This document shows positions 37,015 through 50,343 of a DNA stretch of 64,000 nt, one piece after another. Numbering within the stretch: the stretch's first letter is position 1; each line of letters starts with the position of its first letter. The stretch spans positions 20,443,687 to 20,507,686 of the forward strand of contig NC_068983.1 in the NCBI RefSeq assembly GCF_001194135.2, written 5' to 3'. Both the position numbers and the translations under genes were made by a program. Below the pieces are notes generated by a model. That model worked only from the letters and a program-made list of their open reading frames with translations, ran no database searches and was not told the origin of the DNA. Origin of the DNA: Octopus bimaculoides (Eukaryota).

Positions 37015-37556
37015 TATATGTGTATATATATACATACATANNNNNNNNNNATATATATATATATGTATATATATATATGAATGAATGCATATGTATACGT
37101 GTATGATATATACATATGTTTGTCATGATATTGAATTCTGTATAATTTATATAAACATATACTGGTTCAAGCAACAAACTATAAAATTCGCGTGTGCTAA
37201 TTAAATCATTATTTCGTACCTTCATCTTTATACATCTTCAAAAACCATCATGATCGTTGTTCTATATAGATACATTCATAATTATATTTTCATTCTAACT
37301 ATTCTGAAATGGCAATATAATTTTTCATATAAAACGTATTGAAATATTTTAAGAACATCGATAATTAATATAAGGGATACATTTATATTTCACTAACACA
37401 AACTAAACCAACAAAACTGTTTGAAAGTATTAATTCCGTGACTTAATTCCAACTCGAGCATATGTACATATGTATTTAACACATGTGATGATAAGTAGAA
37501 GCTTTAAAGTTAGGAACGTTTTGTTTTTACTAAAAGAATATAAATAAAAGTATCAA

Positions 37557-38044
37557 TATTGAGTCATCCCATGAATAATGCGTATTTTTCTATTGCACGA
37601 ACTTAAAGTCAGAGAGGGACCTGCAACAACTTGCTATAAAAGCAGGTAGTAATTTAACCTTGTACTTATTCTTAGTGCAAGTTTTGAAGAGCGCAGTTCG
37701 ATTTTAACAGCTATTTTTGCAAAGCTAGAGTGACAAAGTAGCGTATTCAGCATATTTTGCTTTATGAGTTCACCTGATTATCATTTATTCTGTGGTCTTC
37801 AAAATCATTTGGACGGAAAAAATATTAATTCTGTAGACAAGTTGGAACAGTACTACAGGAATAGTTTTCGTCAGGGACAAATCAATTTTAGAAGAGAGGC
37901 CTTGCAAGTTTACCAGAGATGGAAGAGCATTGTAGAAAATGAAGGAGAGTATATTTTAAATTAAAAGAAGGACTTTGTTTAGCTTAATTTTGAAAAATAA
38001 AAGAAGTACAGAAAATCTGCATTTTTATCGGATGACCCAAAATA
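37557..38044 (+). mobile_element. Internally deleted mariner (Tc1/mariner, D,D34D-type) element
   Basis: TIRs TA-TTGAGTCATCCCATGAATAATGCG and GCATTTTTATCGGATGACCCAA..TA. The N-terminal VTK*RIQHILLYEF is fused directly to the C-terminal PDYHLFCGLQNHLDGK..RWKSIVENEGEYILN*. Confidence 0.9.
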
Positions 38045-38384
38045 TGAGAATCACATTCTGTTAAGTTTTTGCATTAGAGTTAGTAGTTCTTAATTTTAAT
38101 TCTGTTAATTGCATAATTGTATTTTGTTAAATCAAAAATAATTCTCGAATCACCTTTTCATTAACCTTAAAGTTGTCAGGTTTAGTGGATCGATTAAACG
38201 CACTGTAAATATTCTGTTTGTTTTCCATTTCCTGAACTGCGATAATTCTTGACTGTTTACTTAACTAATACTTAAAGAATATGCTAATATTGTTTACACT
38301 GAAGAACTATAATGAAATGTTAGCGATAATAATTAGGCGGTTCCAAAGCATTTAGTTATTTATTCAGTGAATGAACTGATTCCT

Positions 38385-38560
38385 GAAGGCGTGTGATTTA
38401 TAAATAACGGTGTTGGGCTAGCAATCATTAAATTTTGCGTTCGATTCCTGAACATGGTGGTCGATTGTGTCTTTGAGTAAGGCTCTTCGTTTCACATTGT
38501 TCTAGTCAACTTCGTGGATAACGGGTACCAACGGCAACTGGTGTGCGAACCTTAGACATA
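38385..38560 (+). mobile_element. SINE family C-like copy (degenerate)
   Basis: GAAGGCGTG.., GCGTTCGATTCCTG and TGTGTCTTTGAGTAAGGCTCTT. Confidence 0.6.
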
Positions 38561-39664
38561 CTAGTGTCTCGTTGAGGACCAAGCATTCAGTCCCAGTCAC
38601 GTACCCTCTACGGAAATCGAGATAAGCTTCGGTTTCGCTCAGCCTGCAGGCCCGAGACACACTTCACACACACACATATATATGCGTGTGTGCGCGTGCG
38701 CGTACGTGTGTGCGCGTGCGCGTGTGTGCGTGTGCGCGCGTGTCAATGCGTGTGTGCATGTATGTGTGTGCATGTTTGTGTGCATGCATGTGTGTGCATG
38801 CGTACGTGTGTGTATGTGTGTGTATGTGTGTGCATGTATGTGTGTGCGTGTTTGTGTGCTTGCTTGTGTGTATGTATGTGTACTTTTGAGCGTGCATCAT
38901 TGATGAGATTAAGGAAGGTCGAAATCACGTGATCTGGTTGTGTTGGCGCTGATACTACCTCTGTCACTAATACATATTTCTGAAATGTTAATTTCGCGAA
39001 GAGGTGAGACTGTCTAATGGACTTTGTTGTTATAAGGTCTACTTTACCACTTCATGTATCTAGTTGGATGTCACTGTACAGCATTTTTTGGCAAATGCCT
39101 TTTAACATAGGCTTCCGTCTATAAAACCCATGTTAGGTACATTCGTTAGAAAGACCGCCAAAGATACCACTTTGGTTATCTGGGATATTCAATTAATACC
39201 TGACTTGGTTTAACACTAACACCATTAAACTTATCGCTGCCCTTATCCGATTTTACTACGCTGCAAGCATTTAGGCCAAGTCTCTCGTCTCGTTTTTCCT
39301 AGCTCAAGTGCTAGAGTCTCTGGAAAATCACAGGCTTTTCGCTTGCCTTCATTGACAATCACAATGAAACAAATTGTTTTACACCACTTCATTTCGTTTC
39401 TTATATATTAAAAAACAACAACAGAAAACGAACACTTTCCATTCTTTTCTTACACAAATATTTAATATTTTTCACTTATCAAAAAGAAATGAATATGATT
39501 TGTTATTAAAACAGCTACAAAGAATCTAGAACAACGAACTGAATTTCATTCCGAGTGCAAATTTTACAGGGCTGCACTTTGTCGCTATTATCTCAGGTGT
39601 AACAGATTGCAGCAGATGAAAAAAAATAAATTGTATTGTTCCAAATAAAATAAAGGCAATATTT

Positions 39665-39890
39665 GATAGTTGTTGTTGGTTAGCTCTAGACAAACTGTAG
39701 CTGAGCAGACATACAGATGACAGCCTTTTAAGAACTGGCTAGCCTTATCATTTATAGGATAGGGTATCGAGAATCGTAATCTACGTGGCTTTTTTTTTTT
39801 TTTTTTTTGTCTTAAACAATATAGGGCAATTTAAGTAAGATGTAGTTGCTATTTCCAGAAATACGCGGAAACCCGTGGAAGCACAATTGT
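39665..39890 (-). repeat. Repeat family F copy
   Basis: GATGTAGTTGCTATTTCCAG is the reverse complement of the family motif. Confidence 0.45.
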
Positions 39891-40653
39891 TGGCTCAGAA
39901 TGTGATATTACTGTTTGGTTGGTAGGCTGGTATTGATTCTCTGTAGAGGTTAATTAGATTCAGTTATATAGCTGCTCTCTTGCATCACTAATGCCATAAA
40001 GAAAATTTATGAATATCCTACTAAGCTCATTTTCCTCGTCTATAAATTTTGTCTTTGTGCTTATGTAACAAAGAAATATTCTGACAATAGAGAATGTTCT
40101 AGGATTGATTTATCCTTTTATTGAACGACTATGTGAACGGGTTCTATTTCCTGTTACATCATCAGTGCACAAGAAAAAAGGGATGAACGTCACAGCTTCT
40201 CTCATACTCATTTCCTCAACCTTGAAATCTTTGAATGCATGCTTTTGTGTTAAACAATCACTCACTTATGGTTTAGACATTAGCGAAATTATTAGTCTTT
40301 ATATATTTTTGCTGGAATTTTGGAATTGCTTATTGCTCGCAACTTTACATGAAAGCACCACAGGTAGTCTGTTCATACAACATCTGAAAAACATTTAAAT
40401 TCAAACCAGACTTGGAAGCAATCATCATTATAACAGTGGGAAAGCATGTAATCAATCACTGTGCATTTTCTGATTATACACCAGTGAAAATTTTTCTTTT
40501 TTTTTGTTGCTTCTGTTAGATATAAATATGAAATATAGACACGTATTGTAATATAAAAATACCGTCAGACAAGTCAGCGGCAAATAACAACATACGTAAC
40601 ACATTCACATAAATTCAGAAATAACATAATAGCATATATGCATACACACTTAC

Positions 40654-40690
<37 letters not shown>

Positions 40691-40761
40691 TGTACACATG
40701 CTTGATTGTCAGTATTATTGCGAATATCTGTATGCCTTTCTGTACGTGTGTATAATTTAAA

Positions 40762-40900
40762 GACGTAGCCATGACTGCATGGTTATAAAGTTTGCTTGGA
40801 TCTACGTGATTTCAGCTACTAGTTCAATCCCACTGTGCGGCATCTGAGAAATTTGGTAAGCGTTTTCTGTTATAGACTTGAGAGTGGATTTGGTTGAGAA
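40762..40900 (+). mobile_element. SINE family B 5' fragment
   Basis: TAGTTCAATCCCACTGTGCGGCA and GAGAGTGGATTTGGT. Confidence 0.6.
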
Positions 40901-40929
40901 ATATACATATGTTGAACCATTAATCCCAA

Positions 40930-41075
40930 CACATTTTTTTTCTTTCCCTCTTTCTCGTCCTCTCACCATTTTTTCCCCGCTTTCAATGCTTTCTGTGGAA
41001 GAGTGTAGGCTTGAAACGTCAAAGACTTTTCCATTCTTCCAGAGCGCCAAACTAATACACCCGCTCTTCGTTTTC
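40930..41075 (+). mobile_element. Penelope-like terminal fragment with degenerate hammerhead motif (40989-41024)
   Basis: CUUU-CUGUGGA-A-GAGU-GUAG-GCUU-GAAA-C-GUC-AAAG. Confidence 0.5.
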
Positions 41076-41085
41076 TATACATTTG

Positions 41086-41124
<39 letters not shown>

Positions 41125-41325
41125 CACACACACACACACACAACGTGACCTGCTGATCACCAGCATCGGTCAAATCGGGTATCATCAGCTGATATACATA
41201 AATTCATATTTGTATATGTGAATCTGTCTGTCTGTCTGTCTATCTATTAATCTATCAATACACACACAGACACACGTGTGTGTTGTGTATTTACATGTAT
41301 ATATATGTGTATGTATGTATGCATG

Positions 41326-41370
<45 letters not shown>

Positions 41371-41859
41371 GCATGCCATATATTGTTGCTTCCTTGAGAG
41401 AATGTATGCATGTGAATGTGTGTCTGTGTGGGTGTGTGGTAATTCTTTTTTTGTTTCTGTTAAAATGAATTTCTTTAATATGACTCTAGGTTAAAACACG
41501 TGTAGAACATTTCCTGTCTGCGACGCTGGTACGTTGTTACTACGGGTCACATAAGAGACTGCAAAGATATGCTTCGTTACGTTTGTTCTATCTATTACTG
41601 GCAGGAATGCTTCGTACACATTTCTTCCATATTTACAAAGAATGAAATTCTATTCAAGCGTTGGGGGTGTAAATCACACAAGGCTCCTCTCTTTACACGT
41701 GTAAACTCTCTTCTCATCACTCCCGTCTTTATCTCTAACAGGTTCTGTTCGACTTGTCACATCTTTTTGTAGTTATAGTACGCATTAATTTAGTTTTAAC
41801 CTGTTCTATGTACATGTCCATGTATCATTTCGTTAGAAATTTAGCTCTATGGAAAATAT

Positions 41860-41980
41860 GATAACTGAGCGACTAATACTAGCTATTTTCGTCTGCGGTG
41901 TGAAGGCATAAACTCATGTGTTCGAATCATGTGCGGAATGGCAAGGCTTGTCCTTGAGCAAGACACTTCATATCACTTTC
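41860..41980 (+). mobile_element. SINE family C-like head fragment
   Basis: GTGTTCGAATC B box and GTCCTTGAGCAAGACACTT. Confidence 0.55.
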
Positions 41981-41994
41981 ACGATCCTATCATA

Positions 41995-42473
<479 letters not shown>

Positions 42474-42800
42474 ACTTCCCCTGTTTGCTATTTCTAACCC
42501 CAAAACACGTTAATGCAATATCGTACAGACAAATAGAACTCATTAACATTATACGCTATTGCCTTTCGTGCAATATACGAGTAATATATATCTGGAATAC
42601 TCAAAATGTTTGTTTTTCTAGCTTGTCCTTTTAAAATAGTGAGAAGAATGTTATTTTTACCATTGGAATTAGTATTGATATTATCGTTTTTCATTCAGTT
42701 TCATGTAGCCTGTTTCACTATGAAGTACATGTTCATGTTTCATGTTCTTGTAGTTTGTGCTGCATTCTGTTTCGTTGTTGCTGTTGTTGTTGTTGCTCTT

Positions 42801-43013
42801 AAGGCTGTTAGCTCGCAGAATCATTAGCACGCCGGGTAAAATGCTTAGCGGTATTTCGTCCGTCGCTGCGTTCTGAGCTCAGATTCTGCCGAGGTCGACT
42901 TTGCCTTTCGTTCTTTCGTATTCGATAAAATAAGTAGCATTTGAACACCGGTGTCGATGTAATCGATTCATCCCTTTCCTAAAAATAGCTACCATTGTTG
43001 CAAAATTTGAAAC

Positions 43014-43066
<53 letters not shown>
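42801..43066 (+). mobile_element. Full-length SINE family A with (ATT)n tail
   Basis: Head AAGGCTGTTAGCTCGCAGAATCATTAGCACGCCGGG, GAGGTCGACTTTGCCTTTC and GTCGATGTAATCGA. Confidence 0.9.
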
Positions 43067-43647
43067 GTGGTTTTTATTAAATGTGTGTTTGTCGCGTATA
43101 CGCCTCGCGGTATGGCTCCGAGGAAATTTAGATAATTAACTCGTTCTACTGGATNNNNNNNNNNNNNNNNNNNNNNNNNNNNNNNNNNNNNNNNNNNNNN
43201 NNNNNNNNNNNNNNNNNNNNNNNNNNNNNNNNNNNNNNNNNNNNNNNNNNNNNNNNNNNNNNNNNNNNNNNNNNNNNNNNNNNNNNNNNNNNNNNNNNNN
43301 NNNNNNNNNNNNNNNNNNNNNNNNNNNNNNNNNNNNNNNNNNNNNNNNNNNNNNNNNNNNNNNNNNNNNNNNNNNNNNNNNNNNNNNNNNNNNNNNNNNN
43401 NNNNNNNNNNNNNNNNNNNNNNNNNNNNNNNNNNNNNNNNNNNNNNNNNNNNNNNNNNNNNNNNNNNNNNNNNNNNNNNNNNNNNNNNNNNNNNNNNNNN
43501 NNNNNNNNNNNNNNNNNNNNNNNNNNNNNNNNNNNNNNNNNNNNNNNNNNNNNNNNNNNNNNNNNNNNNNNNNNNNNNNNNNNNNNNNNNNNNNNNNNNN
43601 NNNNGAGAGAGAGAGAGAGAGAGAGAGTGATACCTCACAGTACAAGT

Positions 43648-44050
43648 TTAATTCGTTCCGTGACCGAGCTCTTCTTACGATTTACTCGTTTTACAAATCA
43701 ATTTTCCCCATTGAAATTAACTAAAATATAATTAATACGTTCCAGCCCCGCAAAACCACTAAAAATTATTTTTTTATGGGTTTTAAAACATAAGATTTGT
43801 AGTTATAAGTAAAAGGACAATTATAAAAAAGAGAATGCAAAAGAAATATGTAAATTGGTTTTATTAAGTGAATTACCTTAATGATGGGACGATTTGCGTG
43901 CTCGTACTGTGGATTTCCGCTCGTATTTCAAGACAAAAATACACACGAGTCTCGGCTCGTACAGAAAATTACACGTACAGTGGTGCACTCGCACTGCGAG
44001 GTTCTACTGTACTAGCGATAAAAACGATAACGGAACTTGTGTTATATTAA
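43648..44050. mobile_element. Possible decayed TTAA-type MITE
   Basis: TTAA-TTCGTTCCGT on the left and ACGGAAC..TTAA on the right, with a CpG-rich interior. Only a 7-bp TIR core matches. Confidence 0.3.
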
Positions 44051-44311
44051 CCCTTTGATTGTCGAAAGCATTTTCAAAAGTTTGTCCTAAACGTTCATGT
44101 TTGTCTTCAAATTTAGCCCTTGTTTCATACGTTCCGAGTAATATAAAGAGTTCCTTTTATATGTTCCAAATTATAAATTACTCTGATGGTTGAATAGAAA
44201 ATGCGAATCTGTATAACATTTGCGGCATAGATGCCAGGGGAATGTTTTGTGTCACGAGACTAATTCCGTCCTTGTAAATTTGCTCGTCTCGAGCTAAAAT
44301 TTGAAGGCATT

Positions 44312-44528
44312 AAAGACGACGAACTGGTAGAAATTCCACCACGCCGGACAAACAGCTTATAGGAATTTCTTCCAGTTTTATGTCCTGATTTCAAATTACG
44401 CAGAGTTTAACTTTGCCTTTCATTTTTTTCGGGGTCGATAAAATGAGTACCACTTGATCACTGAGGTCGATGTAACTGGCTTCTCGATATAATTACTGGC
44501 CTTGAGCCAAATTTAGAAGGATTCATTA
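44312..44528 (+). mobile_element. SINE family A (diverged)
   Basis: TTTCAAATT.., ACTTTGCCTTTCATTTTTTCGGGGTCGATAAAATGAGTACC. Confidence 0.85.
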
Positions 44529-44834
44529 AATCTATAAGTAAATATATTCAGTAAAGTAACGATTGTTACTATCGATATTTTTATTATTATCATTATGGAT
44601 GGGGAAAGGCTTCACTTGTCTTTCATGGCGCATATATGAATAACCTGTGTTTGTTTGAGTCTGTGTAGGAATGTTCTCTCTTTTGGGGAAGATGTTTGGG
44701 CTGCAACTAATTAGCAACATTTTATACTTTTTCTTAGACGTTATTGTTTTCTTATTGATATCTTATGTCCACTGAAATTGCATGTATTGTATTTGAAGGT
44801 GATTGTGTATAATGTGTTCTGCGTCAGTCACACT

Positions 44835-45223
44835 TGTTGTTGCGTTGTTGTTGGCACTCCGTCGCTTACGACGTCGAGGGTTCTAGTTGATCCGATCAAC
44901 GGAACAGCCTGCTCGTGAAATTAACGTGCAAGTGGCTGAGCACTCCACAGACACGTGTACCCTTAACATAGTTCTCGGGGTGAGATTCAGCGTGACAAGG
45001 CTGGCCCTTTGAATTACAGGCACAACAGAAACAGGAAGTAAGAGTTAGATAAAGTTGTGGTGAAAGAGTACAGCAGGGTTCGTCACCATCCCCTGCCGAA
45101 GCCTCGTGGAACTTTAGGTGTTTTCGCTCAATAAACACTCACAACGCCTGGTCTGGGAATCGAAACCGCGATCCTATGACCACGAATCCGCTGCCCTAAC
45201 CACTGGGCCATTGCGCCTCCACA
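44835..45223 (-). mobile_element. Full-length SINE family D with 16-bp TSD
   Basis: Head GTGGAGGCGCAATGGCCCAGTGGTTAGGG (A box) and GGTTTCGATTCCC (B box), with a (CAA)n tail. TSD CTGCGTCAGTCACACT (44819-44834) versus CTGCGTCAGTCGCACT (45224-45239). Confidence 0.95.
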
Positions 45224-45524
45224 CTGCGTCAGTCGCACTATATTGTTGAGTTAAACGTAGAATGTAGGGTTCTGAAGGTTTCGTTAATATATTGACTTGA
45301 GTCAAATGTGTATCGTACTTAATGAGACTATACATTTGATTTGCGCATATTTTTGACCAATGGTCGATAAGACATCTTAAAATTTTGTTATCATTTCACT
45401 ATATTTATATTATGATTTGCACCATATCCAAAATAATTTCTGTATAATCATAGCCGATATAAATGTTGGTTATTTGGTTGATTTGTTTCTTCAGTCACGC
45501 TTTACATCGTATAAAGAGGAGCAT

Positions 45525-45567
<43 letters not shown>

Positions 45568-46519
45568 GAGACAGACAGACAGGCAGCGTTAGTATAAGAG
45601 TTGCAGGATGCCTACACATAAGTAAACTTGGTGGCAAACAATGAGTAAAACAACATTATACATGCACATATAGTAAAAAGTAAAAAAATCACAGACATGT
45701 AGGAGAAGTAGGGGGAGGAGGGCGAAGAGAGAGGGTAAATGACAGAAATTATGGGAGATAGTATACGAATGACAAATTTATTTTTATTTTAATTTATTTT
45801 TAGGTAATATATATTTTTCGTTTCAAAATTTAATATTAATTTCATCACTTTTCATAAGCACCAAGGAATTCGATAAAGGTTAAATTATAATTACTGTGTG
45901 TACACCATATTCTACGAAATTACACATGGTGGAAAAAGTATCCTTACAAATATTTTACAGTAAATAAAATTTATTGGTACTACTTTTACTGTCATATTCC
46001 TCATCTTGCTTATTTTGATTTCAAGTTACTTGTGCCCCAGATAGTTTTTCTACACTCTTTGCAAATGTTGCTTCTTTCGAAAGTGCTTCATATGTGAGAA
46101 TTTGATTTAATTCTGTCAGTTTGAATACGCTTCTTGAATATATAATTCTCAGCCTTTTGGCTAAAACCAAAGCGAGAAGACCTAATATTTGGAAATAAGG
46201 GCCTTATATATTTTTAATGGCATTGTCTGCATAAGTGTGATAGATTGGCAACTGCCTCATACAATATGCTCTGTGGACGTCTTCAGTGTCTTCAGTTTAA
46301 ATCCTGCCGTGGTCAACGTTGCATTTCAATTCATATTAAAATGTTTTGGGCGATAGTTGATTGCAACAAAAAGTCATTAGACTGTTGAGCAATATGATTT
46401 GCAGTATTTGTAATGTATTTCTATGTTGTCAGTTTATATCCCATGGAAATCAACTTTGCCTTTCCATGTTCTAGGATTGATATATTGCATATATAGCATA
46501 ACTTGTAAAATGCGTCCGT

Positions 46520-46700
46520 CTTTTATCAAGATTTAAGTTTGGTCAGAGTGCCAGTCTCATTCAAGAGGGCGCTGGTCTTCTTGTTCTAGGTGTAGCGCAT
46601 CTCTCATTGACTTATATAAAAATATTTAGTTGACAGCCAAAGCTGAGATAGGGCAAGATTAGTTGGTAACTAACACAGAGATAATTCAAAGTAGAAGCAA
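46520..46700 (-). repeat. Repeat family F-like copy
   Basis: Weak match (GATAGGGCAAGATT..GGTAACTA) to the other F copies. Confidence 0.3.
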
Positions 46701-47199
46701 TGCGAAAGATCATTTGGGATCATGTAATTAACTAACCACCTCTCCTCTTAATACATAATTACACAAACCCATACACATAGACGCACTCAATCACGCACAC
46801 ACTAGAGGACAGAGGTACACCCACAAATACACACACACACACACAGACATAAACAAACACACGAATATGCAGAATACATACGTACACACACGCATGCATA
46901 CATACACACACATACACACACACATACATCCATACATACATATATGCATACACAAGTACACCTATACACTGGTGCACACACATGCGCAGAAGCAGACAAA
47001 AGGAGCGCATCTCTAATAACGAATAGTCAACATCCATTTACAAGGTTGCAAAAGCAGCGAAAATTTCGGAAGAAAAAAAAAGAAATAATAAATGAGTGGA
47101 AATTGAATCGGTGAGCGTGTTACATATTAAAGCATTAAGGCAGTATGACTCTCCCCAGACACAACAAAATTATGTTGAGTGCTTAGTCTCTACATCACG

Positions 47200-48750
47200 T
47201 TAGTCTCTATTCTACTTCATTTAGTTTCGATGCAGCATTCCATTTAAGCTTTTAGTCCACAGCTTTTGCGCTTTTGTTATTTTTTCCTGTCGTGTTATTA
47301 TCTTTTCCTATCCAGTCTAGTCTTTCTCTTTTGCTTTTTGTACCTTTTATTCTGGCATGGCTTTGTTACATTTTGTGTTTATCTATATCTTAATGTACTT
47401 AGCTTATAATTTGTAACGTATCTTAGCTTTACATAGAGATAAATATTCCGCCCATTGTTTTCCATTATTCCTTTTATTATATTAACCAATTTTCCTTTAT
47501 TCTCCTCTGAAATCTTTTAGAAATCCATTTCTTTCAGTTTGCGTGTTAGATATATTCTATGTGTATCAGCTTCGGAATGACACACTTAGAATGCAGTTAG
47601 CAGCTTTCTCATTCTCTTATCTGAGTTCTTTAGTTTTTAATACGCTGAAGATTTAGCGTAAGACTAAAATTAATAGCGTATATATTTTTATTATCTTTCT
47701 TCTGGCTCAGTCCTTTAAGATTTGTCTGACTGATACTAAGCTGTTAATGTGAAAGAAACCATAGAATTTCATACTAAATACTTTTCCTTATTTAGTTACT
47801 TCCCTTTAACGTTATGATTTTAAATCTTAGCAAATAGTCATTGACATACATCTTGTCAATTTTCATGTTAACAAGTACCAGTGAAAGACTGATATCATTT
47901 AATTCAAGTATGACGCGCTTACAAAATGGTAATGTGAGAAATCTTCCATGTAGTCTTCTAATATTTCCTTCTCTTCGGTACATTGTTTGTGAATTACCAT
48001 CCACTCCTAACTAATTTTATGACTCTCACTGTTTCAATAACCTAATTTCGGTGCCAAGATCTAAGTGAAATATATGTTTTATATTTCTTGTTTTTCATGA
48101 AACCCAGGCTTGCCTTAATTATGTAGACATTCTGGCTTGGATCATTCCATTCCTTCTTTTTATATTCTTTCTCATAAACTTCATTTAATACTACATTATC
48201 CGACTTGACCTTTCTTTACTTTTTTTCATTTTTTTTCTTCTTATTTTTTATTTTATTTTATTTTCAGAAGTTACTCTAACACTTTTATCAAATCTCTTAC
48301 CAATTTTAATATCTTTGTTGTGTGCACTGAGGAAATACTCCAGCTGTGTGTTATGTCTGGTTCCTAGATTTTTCCTTTAAATCATCCGTATAATGAAGAT
48401 AGTTTATATATTTTTTGCATTTATACCTAAATGTGGTTTGACTCAGGATATCTTAGTTAAATCCTTGTTTGACAAAAGACAGACGCTCCCTGGGAAGTTC
48501 AGCTTTTTTTATGGAGACAGAGCTGATTTCTTCTATCTTGTCTTTATCTTGTAATATAATTAATGTTTTCTATGTCACGTTTGCTACACATTTTAAGTAT
48601 GTTGCTTCTACTTTTTTCTTTTATTTTTTAAATACTCCCCATGAAGTATCCAAGAACGTTATTTGACACTGAAACTTTTTTCTGTAATTGTGTAATGCCA
48701 TACGTAGGTATTTTATACTTATTTTATCCTGTCTTCAATAACATTTCCTA
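47200..48750 (-). mobile_element. Highly decayed CR1/L2-group LINE reverse transcriptase region
   Basis: Minus-strand fragments YISLRS..VIETV (about 48075-48025) and YLN*MISVFHWYLLT*KL (about 47910-47857). Their order and spacing fit YRPISLTS..E and YLDF.KAFDSV.H..LL.KL, and the plus strand is T-rich. Confidence 0.5.
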
Positions 48751-49744
48751 TTAACAGTAGTTGTTATTTACATCCATACATTTCCTTCAGTCGTATTTAA
48801 TGCTTGTCTAACAAGACATCACCTTTCAGATGAAACTTCTAATGAGGTTCCTCACTTATGTATATGTAGGTGTGTGCGAGTGCGCGTGTGTTATAGTTTT
48901 ATGTAATGCCAGCAAACATATTATAGATCGATAACTTTTATTTGCTGTAGCTAAAAGTCGGGGTGTTTGACGATGAGGTGCTTTTCACTAATTTCATGTA
49001 AGGATGCTGGTATTGGTTCACGTGTACTGAATTAAATATCTTAATTAGAAATTAGAGAAGTTATCGATTCCTCAAGCCTTTCACTTCCTAGTGTTCTTCA
49101 TTGAGTTTGTAAGTGTTTCGATTGTTATACTGTTTTATTCCTGCGGTATTATTGCAGCATTATGGCACTGTTGTATGCATGAACGTTACAGGTGCTCGTT
49201 TCAGATTGAGATTTCATTTCATGTCCACTACGTGATATCTTCGTCAAGTATTGTTTACAACGGTCTTCTAACTGAAATCTGGTTAAGACAGAATCTGTGT
49301 AGAAGGTCGTCAAATAGAATCTGTAGCTTTAGTGATTTGGTAATTCCGTGATCGAACAAATGAAATACTCATTCACAAAATTGACTGAGGTTCTGTTTAC
49401 CCTAAATTATTGTTTTCATTTGTGTAATTTGTGTTGCATCCCTTACCAGTAGAAGAGACTATAGATATTTGTATCACGGTTTCGTTTAGAGTTTTGTTTG
49501 GGTTTGCGTGTTTTACCGTAGTGATAGTATTCTATCATATGTTTGCATTACTTAGTAATGCTGTTGTCTGTACTTTGTGCATATTTGTATGTTCTGAGGC
49601 GTTATTTGTATCATCATTAATAATCTCTAGGTTACATATTATTATAGTTATTGTTTCTTTTTTCACTTTCCGTATGCTGTTTAACTGTGCTTTCGTAACT
49701 TATATTTGTATATATTTTCCATATCATTAGAAATCCATTAACAG

Positions 49745-49930
49745 GAGATTGGAATATTGTTAGAAGTCGAGCTAAATGCTTTGTACCCTTCTTAACATTC
49801 TGAGCTCGACTCCTACCAAGGTCAATTTAGACTTGCTTCTTTCTGGTGTCGATAAAATGAAATACCAGTCAAATACTGTGGACGATTTAATCGTCAAAAT
49901 TCTGCCCATAAATTTCTGATTTTGAATACT
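49745..49930 (+). mobile_element. SINE family A (diverged)
   Basis: TTCTGAGCTCGACTCC..AAGGTCAA and GTGTCGATAAAATGAAATACCAGTC. Confidence 0.75.
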
Positions 49931-49935
49931 ATTAC

Positions 49936-50343
49936 TCCTTGACTTGTTTCAATCATTTGACTGCGGCCATGCCGGAGCACCGCCTTTAGTCGAGAACATC
50001 GACCTGAGGAGTTATTCTTTGTAAGCCTAGCAATTATTCTATCGGTCTCTTTTGCCGAACCGCTAAGTTACGGGAACATAAACACACCAGCTTCAGTTGT
50101 CAAGCGATAGTTGGTGGGTGGGGGGGAGAAACACAGACACACAAACACACACACACATTCATACACATATACATATATACGACGGGCTTCTTTCAGTTTC
50201 CGTCTACCAAATTCACTCACAAGGGCTTTAGTCGTCCCGAGGCTATTGTAGAAGACACTTGCCCAAGGTGCCACGCAGTGGGACTGAACCCGGAACCATG
50301 TGGTTGGTAAGCAAGCTACGTACCACACAGCCACTCCTGCGCC
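49936..50343 (-). mobile_element. Full-length, young SINE family B (CORE-like domain)
   Basis: Minus strand GGCGCAGGAGTGGCTGTGTGGTA..CCGGGTTCAGTCCC..CACCTTGGGCAAGTGTC. ACCTTGGGCAAGT matches the CORE-SINE consensus. Confidence 0.95.

Noticed and set aside
45920-46200. Tc1-like TIR (TACACATGGTGGAAAAAGTATCC) with a possible transposase remnant
   Set aside because: I found no partner TIR and no diagnostic catalytic motif.
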